Origin: Longimicrobiales bacterium
Lineage (GTDB): Bacteria > Gemmatimonadota > Gemmatimonadetes > Longimicrobiales > Gaopeijiaceae
DNA length: 64,000 nucleotides
Direction of reading: 5' to 3'
NCBI GenBank assembly: GCA_965226375.1
Contig: CBDDCX010000007.1
Coordinates: 96,001 to 160,000, forward strand
Shown: positions 51,942-62,221 of the stretch, in pieces
Layout of the letters: each line of letters starts with the position of its first letter
Numbering within the stretch: position 1 is the first letter of the stretch
Position numbers and translations under genes: made by a program
Notes under the pieces: generated by a model
The model's database searches: none
The model's input: the letters and a program-made list of their open reading frames with translations, nothing else
What the model was told of the DNA's origin: nothing

Positions 51942-53004
51942 GGGGTATTCCCTTAAGTCCACCGACCCCAAGATATAGTGGTTACCGGGGCTCTGCGGGC
52001 CGTTTCCCACGTCCGGTGCCGAGGTAAAGGGCCGAAGCTGGCGTGGGAGCACACTGAACAGCCTGCTCAAGCAAGCGGTAGAACAACAGGCCGCGAGCCC
52101 GGGATGTGCGTCGGTTGAAGCGAAAGGTGAACTCGTCCAGATAGTAGGGGAGGTGTTCGCGGGCGATCCCTCCTTGGAGGGTTCCGAGGACCCAGCGCTT
52201 GAGGAGAGACGCCACCCGATGTACGGCCGACATGAGCACGTGAGCGGGATCGCCGGAGGTCGAGAGGTTCGTGACCGTGTGGCGAAAGCCCAGTTTGGCG
52301 AGTCCCTGATAGCTTGGCCATCCGTCGGTATGCACCGTGCTTGCCGGTGCGATGCTATCCTTGACGAAGCCTCGCAGAACCGGAGCGGAGAGGTCGGGCA
52401 CCCAACGCAGCCGTATTCTCCCGATCTTGCGTCCGTCGACCTCGGCGGCGATCGCGACGATGGCCTTCTTGATCGTCTCGCGGCCCCGCACTCCAGCCTC
52501 CACGCCCCCGACATAGCTCTCGTCCACTTGCACAACGCCGCTCAGCTGGTCGCGATCCGGTCGGACCATGGCCCGGCGGAGCTTGTGGAGCCAGACCCAC
52601 GCTGTCTTGTAGCTTCCCAGTCCGAGCACGCGCTGGAGCCCGAGAGCATTGGCTCCGTATTTCTGGCTCGTGAGCTCCCAGGCAGCGAGAAACCACAGAC
52701 GCAGGGGCGAGCGCGTGCGGTGGAACACGGTTCCCGCCAGCACCGAGGTCTGCCTTCGACAGTGTGGGCAGACGAGACGCCCCCGCGATGCTCGCCAGAC
52801 CTCTCCCAACCCGCCACAGCCCACGCACACAAACCCTTCCGGCCAGCGCAGACCCTCCACGTACTCCAGGCATGCCGCATCGTCGGGGAAGAACTCGTCC
52901 AGCTCCAGCCGCGTACGGGGATAGTCCACGCCGCCACGGAGCTGAGAAGCCGGAACCGCCATGACCACAACATGTAGTGGGCGGTGGACTTAAGGCAATA
53001 CCCC
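51942..53004 (-). mobile_element. IS1595-family insertion sequence
   Basis: 23-bp IRs GGGGTATT(C/G)CCTTAAGTCCACCG at 51942 and 53004; no flanking duplication. Confidence 0.93.
51982..52968 (-). CDS. IS1595-family transposase
   Basis: Zn ribbon CVGC...CPHC, VQVDESYVGG, VHTDGW, YLDEFTFRFNRR. Confidence 0.93.
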   Translation of the reverse strand: MVMAVPASQLRGGVDYPRTRLELDEFFPDDAACLEYVEGLRWPEGFVCVGCGGLGEVWRASRGRLVCPHCRRQTSVLAGTVFHRTRSPLRLWFLAAWELTSQKYGANALGLQRVLGLGSYKTAWVWLHKLRRAMVRPDRDQLSGVVQVDESYVGGVEAGVRGRETIKKAIVAIAAEVDGRKIGRIRLRWVPDLSAPVLRGFVKDSIAPASTVHTDGWPSYQGLAKLGFRHTVTNLSTSGDPAHVLMSAVHRVASLLKRWVLGTLQGGIAREHLPYYLDEFTFRFNRRTSRARGLLFYRLLEQAVQCAPTPASALYLGTGRGKRPAEPR

Positions 53005-53016
53005 ATACAACTCATT

Positions 53017-53610
53017 CTACTGAATGAGGTAGATGAGGGTGAAGATCACGATCCAGACGATATCCACGAAGTGCCAGTAGAGGCCGGCGATCTCGACCTG
53101 CAGGGCCTTTGCCGGCGGCAGCTTGTTCTGGAGGGACCGAATGAAGAGGGTGGTCAACCAGATGACACCCACAGTGACGTGCGCACCGTGAAAGCCTGTG
53201 AGCACAAAGAACGACGAACCAAATACGTTCTGTTGGATCGTAAGACCTTCGTGCACGAAATGCATGAACTCGTAGACCTGGAAGCCCAGGAATATGGCGC
53301 CCAGCACGATCACTCCGGCCAGCCAAGCGAGCGTGCCCCGCTTGTTGCCCCGCCGCACGGCGTCCAGCGCCAATACCATGGAGGTAGAACTCATGAGCAG
53401 TACGAACGTGCTGATGCTCGTGAGCGGGATGTTGAGGATCTCTTCAGGGTATGGGCCGCTCACGCTGGCGCCCTTGTACACCATGTAGGTGGTGATCAGC
53501 GTCCCGAAGAACAGGCACTCCGACCCCATGAACGCCCAGAAGCCGATCTTCCAGCTGCTCAGACCCGTAGAGGTATAGTGGTGCTCCTGCACGGTAGCCG
53601 CCTCAGCCAT
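53017..53610 (-). CDS. ctaE: Cytochrome c oxidase subunit III
   Basis: FMGSECLFF, TGFHGAHV, YWHFVDIVW. Confidence 0.93.
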   Translation of the reverse strand: MAEAATVQEHHYTSTGLSSWKIGFWAFMGSECLFFGTLITTYMVYKGASVSGPYPEEILNIPLTSISTFVLLMSSTSMVLALDAVRRGNKRGTLAWLAGVIVLGAIFLGFQVYEFMHFVHEGLTIQQNVFGSSFFVLTGFHGAHVTVGVIWLTTLFIRSLQNKLPPAKALQVEIAGLYWHFVDIVWIVIFTLIYLIQ

Positions 53611-55498
53611 CTATCCCATCAGCCCTTCTGGTGGGCGTCCGGCGGGCGAACGGATCTTCGAACGCCCAGTTGAACACGCAGAACATCGTATAGGCCAACC
53701 CGACCAGGGGTGTCCACCAGATTCCCGTAAGCATTAGGCCCCATGTCGCCGCCACACCCAAAGCCGTCAGGATCGGCCAATAGGATCCATTGGGCATGAC
53801 CGGCTCGACGTCGGGGATCTGATTCACGGCCATCTCCAGTTCCCTCTTCTCGTCTTCGTGCCAAAGCGGCTCCCGGCTCCGAATGGTGGGGAGCACAGGA
53901 AAGTTGTAGTGGTGCGGCGGCGACGGGATCGCCCACTCCAGCGTCGAGGCCTCCCACGGATTCGGTCCGGCCTCGGCGCCCTTCAGCGCGCTCCAAACGA
54001 TGTTCCAGACCATGACGAGAGCGCTGAACGCGAACACGAATGCGCCGATAGTCGACAGCTGGTTGAAACCCTGGATGTTGAGTTCAGCGGCGTAGGTCCA
54101 GGTGCGCCGGGGCATCCCGTACATCCCGCTCATGTGCATGGGGAAGAACGTGAGGTTGAACCCGATGAAGTAGGTCCAGAAGCTCAGCCTGCCCAACGGC
54201 ACGCTCATCATCCGCCCGGTCACCTTCGGGAACCAGTAGTGGATCCCGGCAAACATCCCCGCCAGCACTCCGCCTGCGACCACGTAGTGGAAGTGCGCCA
54301 CCACGAAGTACGTGTCATGCTGCTGCAGGTCGACGGGTGCCGACGCGTGCATGACTCCACTCAGCCCGCCCACCGTGAAGATGGCGATCAGGCCGATGCA
54401 GTAGAGCATCGGTGTGGTGAACCGGAGCTGACCACCCCACATGGTCGCCATCCAATTGAAGATCTTCACCCCCGTGGGGATGGCGATGATCATCGTCGAG
54501 GCGACGAAGAAGGCGTCGGCGATAGGACCGAGACCCGTCGTGAACATGTGATGGCTCCACACACCCCAGCCGATGAATCCGATCAGGATTCCGGCGTAGA
54601 CCACCACGGGATAGCCGAACAGGGGCTTCCGCGAGAACGTGGGGATGACGTCCGAGATGATCCCGAAGGACGGAAGGATCAGCAGGTAGACCTCGGGATG
54701 CCCGAAGAGCCAGAAGAGGTGCTGCCAGAGGACCGGATCACCCCCCGCAGTGGGCACATAGAAGTTGGCCCCGAAGAAGCGGTCGAAGAGCAGGAGGATC
54801 AGCGCCACGGCAATGACGGGAAGGGCCGTCACGATGATGAAGCTGGTGACCAGGGTCATCCACGTCAGAAGCGGCATCCGCATCAGCTTCATGCCAGGGG
54901 CCCTGAGGTTGATGATGGTGGTGATGAAATTCACCCCGCCCATGATCGAGCTCACACCCAGTATCGACAGACCCAGAACCCAGAAATCCACGTTGTTCCC
55001 GGGGGAGAACTGGCTCGATGTGAGGTTGGCATACCCCACCCAACTGGTGTTCGGGGCCATCCCGAAGAACCAGCTGGAGTTCAGGAAGAGGCCGCCGAAA
55101 AGTAAGGTCCAGAACGAGAGCGCGTTCATGCGAGGAAACGCGACATCCCGAGCCCCGATCTGCAACGGAACCACATAGTTGAAGAAGGCCACAGCGAGCG
55201 GCATGGCGACCAGGAAAATCATGGTGGTGCCATGCATGGTGAACAGCTGGTTGAACGTCTCCGCCGTGACGAAGCTGTTCTCCGGACTCCACAGCTGGAT
55301 CCGGATGATCAGCACCTCGATGCCCCCGATGACCAGGAAGACCAGGGCGGCAACGAAGTACATGATGCCGATCCGCTTGTGATCGACGGTGGTGATCCAA
55401 CTCCAGATGCTCGTGTCGTGGAAACCGTGCGCGTGGCCCGCACCCGGCTCGGCAACCGCCGTGGCTACCAGGTCGTCCCCCTCGCGCTCGCCGTTCAA
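53603..55498 (-). CDS. ctaD: Cytochrome c oxidase subunit I (A1 type)
   Basis: TVDHKRIG, HGTTMIF, FGHPEVY, WSHH, VAHFHY. Confidence 0.96.
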   Translation of the reverse strand: MNGEREGDDLVATAVAEPGAGHAHGFHDTSIWSWITTVDHKRIGIMYFVAALVFLVIGGIEVLIIRIQLWSPENSFVTAETFNQLFTMHGTTMIFLVAMPLAVAFFNYVVPLQIGARDVAFPRMNALSFWTLLFGGLFLNSSWFFGMAPNTSWVGYANLTSSQFSPGNNVDFWVLGLSILGVSSIMGGVNFITTIINLRAPGMKLMRMPLLTWMTLVTSFIIVTALPVIAVALILLLFDRFFGANFYVPTAGGDPVLWQHLFWLFGHPEVYLLILPSFGIISDVIPTFSRKPLFGYPVVVYAGILIGFIGWGVWSHHMFTTGLGPIADAFFVASTMIIAIPTGVKIFNWMATMWGGQLRFTTPMLYCIGLIAIFTVGGLSGVMHASAPVDLQQHDTYFVVAHFHYVVAGGVLAGMFAGIHYWFPKVTGRMMSVPLGRLSFWTYFIGFNLTFFPMHMSGMYGMPRRTWTYAAELNIQGFNQLSTIGAFVFAFSALVMVWNIVWSALKGAEAGPNPWEASTLEWAIPSPPHHYNFPVLPTIRSREPLWHEDEKRELEMAVNQIPDVEPVMPNGSYWPILTALGVAATWGLMLTGIWWTPLVGLAYTMFCVFNWAFEDPFARRTPTRRADGIDG

Positions 55499-56685
55499 CG
55501 GAGGCTCCCCAAGTAGGCCGCGATCGAGCGGACCTGCTCGTCGGACAGGTTCGTATCAGGGAACCCTCCTCCTCCAACCTGCGCTCCGGGCATCCGAACC
55601 CCGGCCTTCACCTCATGGGGCGCGCGGATCCATCGGATGAGATTCTCGGGCGTATTCTCCAGGAGCCCCGCACCAATGGTGCTCCGACTGCCGAGGCGTG
55701 TCAGGTTCGGCCCGATTATACCCTGAGCCGGCGTTCCCTGAATGGAGTGGCAGGCAATGCAGGTAGACTGGAAAAGGAAGGCCGTCCTGCCCGCGGTTAT
55801 CAACGGATCTTCCGCCGTCACAGGCTGCCCCGACTCCGGGTCCACCGCCGGCGCAGCGGCCGTCGGCCCCGGAGTTCGCCACGTATCGACCCAGGTGTCG
55901 AACTCGGCCTGGGACTCTGCCACCACTCGTGTACGCATGAGCGAGTGCGCCTCGCCACAGAACTCTGCGCACTGTCCCAGGAACGTGCCCTCTTCATTGA
56001 TCGTGAAGTACAGCCACGTGTAGTGGGCCTGTTCACCCTCGGGTACTCGGCGGATTGGATTTACATCCCGTTTCCCACCCAACTGCGGCACCCAGAACGA
56101 ATGGATGACGTCCACCGACGACAGCTTCAGGGTGATGGCGCGGCCCACGGGGAGGTGTAGCTCGTTCGCCGTCGACACCCCGAGGTCGGGATACCGGTAC
56201 TCCCACCAGTACTGATGCCCGACGACCTCCACCACCAGGGCGTTTGCCTCCGGACCCGGAGGCGTCTGAGTACGAAATGTGGCCTGAATGGCCGGGATCG
56301 CGATAGCCACGACGATCAAGGCGGGTCCGATAGTCCAGGCGATCTCCATTCCGAGATGGCCATGAATCTGCTTGGGAGGCGGCCGGTCCGGGTTCTCCCG
56401 GAACCTGACCACGATGTAGGCGAGCACCGCCCACACCACCACCAGAATCACCATACACCACCAGAATACGCTCACGTAGAGCCCGTGGATCGTCTCGGCG
56501 AAATCCGTTTTCGGATCGAGACTGTTCTGGGGATATTCGCCCTGGCACGCAGCGACCAGAGCGACCGCGATCAAGGCGAGGGCGCACCCAGCCCGGGGAG
56601 AGAAAAGCGCGGACCGCAGTACGGACCACGCTGATGTCGGGAACTTCATATCGGTAGTCTTGCCTAGCTGGTACTTGTTCGTCAT
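55495..56685 (-). CDS. ctaC: Cytochrome c oxidase subunit II with fused cytochrome c (caa3 type)
   Basis: Lipobox VAAC; DVIHSFW, CAEFCGEAHSLM (CuA); CIACH heme motif; start may be 56649. Confidence 0.94.
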   Translation of the reverse strand: MTNKYQLGKTTDMKFPTSAWSVLRSALFSPRAGCALALIAVALVAACQGEYPQNSLDPKTDFAETIHGLYVSVFWWCMVILVVVWAVLAYIVVRFRENPDRPPPKQIHGHLGMEIAWTIGPALIVVAIAIPAIQATFRTQTPPGPEANALVVEVVGHQYWWEYRYPDLGVSTANELHLPVGRAITLKLSSVDVIHSFWVPQLGGKRDVNPIRRVPEGEQAHYTWLYFTINEEGTFLGQCAEFCGEAHSLMRTRVVAESQAEFDTWVDTWRTPGPTAAAPAVDPESGQPVTAEDPLITAGRTAFLFQSTCIACHSIQGTPAQGIIGPNLTRLGSRSTIGAGLLENTPENLIRWIRAPHEVKAGVRMPGAQVGGGGFPDTNLSDEQVRSIAAYLGSLR

Positions 56686-56696
56686 TCGGTAGAGCG

Positions 56697-56954
56697 TCAG
56701 CCGAGGTTATCGACCTCGATGGCCTCGTCGATGAGCATGATCGGAATGTCTTCACGGACCGGGTAAAGCACCTTCCCGTCCTCGCGGACCAAGCCCTCGT
56801 CTACCGACTCCTCCACTGCGTCTCCCCCACGGTTGGTGACCTCGCCAGCGCTGATGGATTCGTTGAGTCGGGCCAAAAGTCCCTCATCCGCGGGCCGCAC
56901 CGGCTGCCGCGTCTCAGGGCAGACCAAAATCTCCAGCAGCGCAGGGTCGACCAT
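56697..56954 (-). CDS. Trm112-like protein
   Basis: LLEILVCPE...YPVREDIPIML. Confidence 0.85.
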   Translation of the reverse strand: MVDPALLEILVCPETRQPVRPADEGLLARLNESISAGEVTNRGGDAVEESVDEGLVREDGKVLYPVREDIPIMLIDEAIEVDNLG

Positions 56955-57110
56955 TGGAACGCCTTTGTTGAGCACCGGTATTGAATGCGACAGCTCACGG
57001 GTGGTACGCAGTCCGAAAAGCTACCACCATTGACCTCGATTGGGGAGTCGTTGACCAGACCCTGATGGAATTCGTCGATCGGGGTCGTCAGGTTCATTTC
57101 GTGGAGCGAC

Positions 57111-57614
57111 ATGAGGGTATTCGCGATCATACTTGGGGCGGTTGTTTCGAGGGGCCTCCCGATGTCGATTCCGTCCTCGTCGGCACCGAACCGGCTGTCG
57201 GCTGATGCGGTTGAAGCGCGGGTCGAGGCGCGGCCGGATGTCGCGGTGATCACATTCGGAGCCGATACGGTGCTGGCCGAGGTGGTGGACTCGCCCGCCG
57301 AGCGGAGCGTAGGCCTACAGTTCCGTGACAACCTCCCGGACGGCACCGGCATGCTCTTCGTCTTCCAGGGCGAGGCGCCTCGCTCTTTCTGGATGAAGGA
57401 CACCTACATCGCGCTGGACATCGCCTACCTCGATGTGAACTTCCGCGTCGTGGACATCCAGCAGATGGAGCCCCAGACGGAAGAGCTCCACAACAGCACC
57501 GCTCCGGCCATGTTCGCCCTGGAGGTGCGGAAGGGCTGGTTCAGTGAACATGGCATCGGTGTGGGAGCCCAGGCGAATGTGGTTTTCGACCCGCCCGGGG
57601 TGAGAATCAACTAG
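57111..57614 (+). CDS. DUF192 family protein
   Basis: GLQFR, GMLFVF, FWMKDT..ALDIAY, ALEV. Confidence 0.88.
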   Translation: MRVFAIILGAVVSRGLPMSIPSSSAPNRLSADAVEARVEARPDVAVITFGADTVLAEVVDSPAERSVGLQFRDNLPDGTGMLFVFQGEAPRSFWMKDTYIALDIAYLDVNFRVVDIQQMEPQTEELHNSTAPAMFALEVRKGWFSEHGIGVGAQANVVFDPPGVRIN

Positions 57615-57634
57615 GGCACACGCAGCACCCTGAT

Positions 57635-58501
57635 TCAGTTGGTCTCCGCCACCTGCAATCGAGCCGTGAACCCGCCCTCCTGTGAGGCGAACGCCGAGAA
57701 CACACCCAACCCTCCCAGGATATTACTCGGCGGTTCGTTGAGGTCACGGGAGTCCTGAACACGACCTTCGTAGAGATCCGCGTACTCTTGATTCACCCGG
57801 TAGAGGCGGACCCGGTGTTCGCCGAGGTGCGTGAGGGAGACTTGGCTTATGGTCGTGCTGTCCGCCGGTGTGGGCGCAGACACGAAGCGCCTGGCTTGTG
57901 AGATGAACTCCGGAGCCGGGATCTGCGGCGGATCGGTCTCGAGGTTGTCCACCACCACGAAGAACAGGTCCCGCTCGGGGTTGATCCAGCGGACGATGAC
58001 GCCTCCGAAAGCCAACCCGCCCCGACCGCCGCCCCGTTGACCGAACGCTCCGAACCCCGCAGTAAGATCCACGACATCCATGACATCGGACGACACAGCG
58101 AGTCCCTCCGGTGGAGGCGGCACGACGGTAGTTGCCGAAAGGCTCTCGGAACCATGCAAAACCCCCAGTTCGAAGACGTCACCCGACTGGACCACGAGAT
58201 CGGCACCCGGATAGTGGTAGGCCCCGGGCACCCCCTGAGTGGCAATCAGGTCGAATCGAGCCTCTTCACGCTGCAGCCAAACACTCGCGTCACTCACCGG
58301 CATGCCGAGGGTGTCCTCGGACACCAGCGGAACCGTGGTCGTGATGCGGATATCGGCCACCGGCTCCCCGGCAAACAGGAACGCCCGAACGACGAGGATA
58401 TCGCCGTCCAGGCCCAGCGGATCAGAGTCGGTGCACGCCGCAACCCCGGCGACCGCCATGGCCAAGAATACAAGCAACCTCGTTCGCATCTGCGGTCTCA
58501 T
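57635..58501 (-). CDS. DUF4249-like lipoprotein paired with TonB receptor
   Basis: Lipobox VAAC; C-terminal SNILGGLGVFSA. Confidence 0.78.
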   Translation of the reverse strand: MRPQMRTRLLVFLAMAVAGVAACTDSDPLGLDGDILVVRAFLFAGEPVADIRITTTVPLVSEDTLGMPVSDASVWLQREEARFDLIATQGVPGAYHYPGADLVVQSGDVFELGVLHGSESLSATTVVPPPPEGLAVSSDVMDVVDLTAGFGAFGQRGGGRGGLAFGGVIVRWINPERDLFFVVVDNLETDPPQIPAPEFISQARRFVSAPTPADSTTISQVSLTHLGEHRVRLYRVNQEYADLYEGRVQDSRDLNEPPSNILGGLGVFSAFASQEGGFTARLQVAETN

Positions 58502-58510
58502 CTATGTCTC

Positions 58511-60958
58511 CTACTTGATCCCCATCCGAAAACCGATGCTGGGCGTCAATGGGAGCGTGGTCACATCAGTCACCACCACGGCGTCGGAGCTCAGGTCGAA
58601 CTTCCGGTACCACACGTTGTCGTGCCCATAAGCGTTGTACGCGGAGACGTTCAGCTCGTAGAAGAACCGATCCGACTCGAATCTGCGGGTTGCCCCCAGA
58701 TCCAGCCGATGGTAGGCGGGGAGGCGTTCGGCGTTCTTGCCCCCCACGTGGATGTAGCTGAAGGAGCTTCCATCGAGTAGCTCCACGCTATACTCGCTTT
58801 CAGGGGCCGTGTACGGCCGACCGGACCCGTAAACCCAAGAACTGGAAAACGTCCAGGGTCCGGCCTGATAGACCCCCACTGTTTTGAATTCGTGAGTCTG
58901 GTCATGGCTCGCCGCGAAGGCCTGCCCGTCGTTGAAGTTGTCCAGCTCATATTCCACCTGGCTCAGCGAGCAGCTCACCCATCCAGTGAGTGGACCCGCC
59001 TTCTTCTGAACGAGTAGCTCCACCCCTCTTGCGACACCCGTCCCCGAAAAGAACAGCTCACCGAAAGCCTGACCCGGGCCTCGACGGGAGCGGGTGGAGA
59101 ACTGCGTCACACCGTCGAGGTCCTTGTAGTACCCCTCGAGATCGATCAGAAACCCCTGCGTCTCGTAACTGATGCCTCCCATGACGTGCTCAGCGAAGGT
59201 GGGAGGAAGCACAGAGTCTGAGAGCACCCAGAAGTCACGGCTCCCCTCGAGAATGTCTTCGTTTTCGACCCGTTTGATGAACTGGTTGTATCTCCCCCAT
59301 GCTCCCTTGGCCGTGAGATTCGCGCCGAGCGGCAGCTTCAACGACGCTCGCGGCTCGAAGTAGGTAGTGCTCGTCGCGTCGTAGTGCGTGCCCCGGGCCC
59401 CCAGCGTAACTTCGACCCCGGCCGGACCCGCCCAGACATGCTGCAGGTATCCACTCGTCTGGAGCGCATTCCCCTCGAGTGCCAGGTTCCCGCGCACCGA
59501 GTCCCCCTGCAGTTGTTCGAAGCCGTAGCGGACGTCGCTCGCGGTCAGGAGAGCTCCAAACTCGACCGTGGAGGATCGCCCGGCCTTCCACGAGTTGTCC
59601 AACCGCAGGCTGACATCCTGGACCCGGTTCTCCTCGAGGAAGCCGGCTGCGAACTGATCGGACGTGATCTCCCGGGCGCCGTCGCTGAAGTACTCGCTGG
59701 CGGCCACCTGGGCGTCGGAACTGAATCGGCCCCCCCACTGTCGGAACCAACGACCGCTGACACCGCGATTCCCCCAGTCGGTGATCTCCTGACGGCTCGG
59801 TGTGTTGAAGGCGTTCCCGCCGAACTCGATGGCCTGGCCCGCGGAAGACTGGTCGAGATTATCCGCGCCGCCGTAAAAGCTCATGGCGACCACGTCACGT
59901 GTGGTCGGAGTCCAGGTCAGCTTGATGTTCGCATCGTAGAAGTAGAAGGAGGGAGTGGCTTCTTGAGCCTGGAATTGCCTGCGACGCCCTCGGAAGCCGG
60001 CGGGCTGCTCTGGTGTCGCCGCCTGGTCGGCGTCCGTCAGTGTGCCGAAAATGTCGTTGAAGAGACCGCTCTGGATGACGTCGGTGTACGACCTCCGGGC
60101 AGAGACCATGAGTGCCGCGTCGTTTCCGAGCGGAATCTCCAGAGTGGTCCGACCGCTCAACAGATTCACGCCTGCGCTCATCCGGAAGGCTTCCGGATCT
60201 CCCGCTCTTCCGATCATGTCCACGACACTAGAGGTCCGGCCCCCGTAGCGCGCCGGATAGGCGGACTTGAACAGCTGCACGTCCTTGATGGCGTCTGCGT
60301 TGAAGGCACTGAACACGCCGAAGAAGTGGTCCACGTGGTATACGGTCATGCCGTCCAGGAGGACCAGGTTCTCGTCGGGCGTCCCGCCGCGCACAAAGAG
60401 ACCGGAGGTGGCGTCGTTGGTGCCACTCACACCCGGTAAGAGCTGGAGCGAGCGGAAGATGTCTGCCTCACCCAACGAGGGGAGGACCCGGATCTGTTCG
60501 GGAGAGATCGAGATGCGGCCGACCCCCCGGCCGGCCTCCATGACCTGTGTTTGCGCTCGCACCCAAATACCCTCTAGCTCGATCGCGTCGGGCGCCAACA
60601 ACACCTGCAGCGACTCCGTCGGCACCGCATCCAACTGGAGCAGGAGCGTACGGTAGCCGAGGTGTTCGACCGTGAGCTGCACAGGTCCGTCGGGGAGGCC
60701 CACCAGCGAGAACCGGCCGAACGCATCGGTGAGCGCACTATAGGACGACTCACCCAAAGCCACCGAGACGTTGGGAAGAACCTCGTTGGTGAGGGAGTCG
60801 ACGACCGTGCCCGTCAGGTCCACGCTCTGAGCTCGCGCCTTCAGCGGCAGCGAGCCGACCGTGAGAGCCAGCGTAAGAACAGGTAGCCACCGAGCACTTC
60901 TCAGGCCCCCAGCACACATCGTTCCCTCCCGAGTTTCGCATCTCCCGCACACGGCCAC
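58511..60958 (-). CDS. TonB-dependent receptor with carboxypeptidase-regulatory-like N-domain
   Basis: TDAFGRFSL, LQLLPGV, VRGGTPDEN, YGGRTSSV, RLPAYHRLD; start uncertain. Confidence 0.92.
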   Translation of the reverse strand: MAVCGRCETREGTMCAGGLRSARWLPVLTLALTVGSLPLKARAQSVDLTGTVVDSLTNEVLPNVSVALGESSYSALTDAFGRFSLVGLPDGPVQLTVEHLGYRTLLLQLDAVPTESLQVLLAPDAIELEGIWVRAQTQVMEAGRGVGRISISPEQIRVLPSLGEADIFRSLQLLPGVSGTNDATSGLFVRGGTPDENLVLLDGMTVYHVDHFFGVFSAFNADAIKDVQLFKSAYPARYGGRTSSVVDMIGRAGDPEAFRMSAGVNLLSGRTTLEIPLGNDAALMVSARRSYTDVIQSGLFNDIFGTLTDADQAATPEQPAGFRGRRRQFQAQEATPSFYFYDANIKLTWTPTTRDVVAMSFYGGADNLDQSSAGQAIEFGGNAFNTPSRQEITDWGNRGVSGRWFRQWGGRFSSDAQVAASEYFSDGAREITSDQFAAGFLEENRVQDVSLRLDNSWKAGRSSTVEFGALLTASDVRYGFEQLQGDSVRGNLALEGNALQTSGYLQHVWAGPAGVEVTLGARGTHYDATSTTYFEPRASLKLPLGANLTAKGAWGRYNQFIKRVENEDILEGSRDFWVLSDSVLPPTFAEHVMGGISYETQGFLIDLEGYYKDLDGVTQFSTRSRRGPGQAFGELFFSGTGVARGVELLVQKKAGPLTGWVSCSLSQVEYELDNFNDGQAFAASHDQTHEFKTVGVYQAGPWTFSSSWVYGSGRPYTAPESEYSVELLDGSSFSYIHVGGKNAERLPAYHRLDLGATRRFESDRFFYELNVSAYNAYGHDNVWYRKFDLSSDAVVVTDVTTLPLTPSIGFRMGIK

Positions 60959-61042
60959 ATCCGTCTTCCCCGTGCCACAGGAGAGGGAACTTGGGGGAGG
61001 AACGTTAAATCGTAAGGAAACACCTACGGGATCCCGGGGGCC

Positions 61043-62221
61043 TTAGACGGAAGCCTTCAGCGCCTCGACCAGCGCCCCCAAGTCGTCCTCGTCGTTGTAC
61101 AGATGAGGAGAGACCCTGAGGGCGTTTCCCCGTAACGACAAGAAGATCTTGCGGGCTTCCAGCTCTGCCTGGAGGGCGGCCAGCTCGAGGCCCTCGGGCA
61201 TACGCAGGCCGAAGAGGTGCGCTGCACGCCACTCGTCCTCCTCGAGGGAGAATCCGAGGGCGACCGCCTCCCGGATGAGCGGCTCGCTGAGTCGCCGGCA
61301 GTAATCCGTAATCCCTGCCGGAGTCCACCCTATAACGAGCTCCAGCGAGGCGACCAACATGGGGATGAGAATGAAGTTCGATCTCTCCCCGACATCATAG
61401 CGGAGGGCGCCGGGCTGATACGCCGCCTGGTAGTTCACCAGATGCTGGAAGTCGTCGCTCCCTTCGCGGCCGATCCACGTCTCTTCTAGAGGCACTCCCT
61501 CGTCGAAGCGCGATCCGAAGTAGGCCGCACCGACCGAATAGGGACCCAGGAGCCACTTGTACGCGGCAACGATGAGAGCATCCGGCTGTATCTCCTCCAC
61601 GTCGAAGGGCATTGCGCCCACCGACTGCGTGCCGTCCACGACCAGGACAGCGCCCACCTCCCGAGCTCGCGCTCCCACCGCCGGAAGGTCGAAGACCGTG
61701 CCGTCGGTCCAGTGGATGTGGGGTACTGAGACCACGGCCGTGTCCCCATCGATGGCCTCGAGAAGACGCTCGTTCCACACAGAGCCGCGGTGGGCACCGT
61801 CGTCAGGCGGAACGATCGTGCGGACGTGTGCACCCGACTCCTCTGCCTTACGCTGCCACGCGTAGACGTTACCGGGGAACTGCTCGTGGAGCAGCACGAT
61901 GTTCTGCCCCCGCCCCACCGGACTGTTGAGAGCTGCCACCGCGACTCCGTACGAGACGGACGGAATGATCGCGATGCGGTTCGGGTCCGACGCTCCGACG
62001 AGCCGCGCAAACCGCTCGCGAGCGCGATCGCTCTGGTTGAAGAAGTCCGGTGAACGAACGAGCATCGGCGTCCGTTTCTGCAGGACCCCGGTGATTCCGG
62101 CCTCTTCGGTGGCCTTGGGAAGCGGCCCGAAATAGGCACAGTTCAGGTAGTGGACGTCAGCGGGAAGACTGAACGCGTCCCTCTGACAGCTCAGGGCCGC
62201 CGTACCCACCTCCTCGGTCAT
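61043..62221 (-). CDS. Class V PLP-dependent aminotransferase (cysteine desulfurase-like)
   Basis: YLNCAY, VDGTQSVG, AYKWLLGP, LRVSPHLYN. Confidence 0.9.
   Translation of the reverse strand: MTEEVGTAALSCQRDAFSLPADVHYLNCAYFGPLPKATEEAGITGVLQKRTPMLVRSPDFFNQSDRARERFARLVGASDPNRIAIIPSVSYGVAVAALNSPVGRGQNIVLLHEQFPGNVYAWQRKAEESGAHVRTIVPPDDGAHRGSVWNERLLEAIDGDTAVVSVPHIHWTDGTVFDLPAVGARAREVGAVLVVDGTQSVGAMPFDVEEIQPDALIVAAYKWLLGPYSVGAAYFGSRFDEGVPLEETWIGREGSDDFQHLVNYQAAYQPGALRYDVGERSNFILIPMLVASLELVIGWTPAGITDYCRRLSEPLIREAVALGFSLEEDEWRAAHLFGLRMPEGLELAALQAELEARKIFLSLRGNALRVSPHLYNDEDDLGALVEALKASV

Noticed and set aside
60960..61040. Riboswitch upstream of the TonB receptor
   Set aside because: Short spacer with no cobalamin or TPP consensus visible
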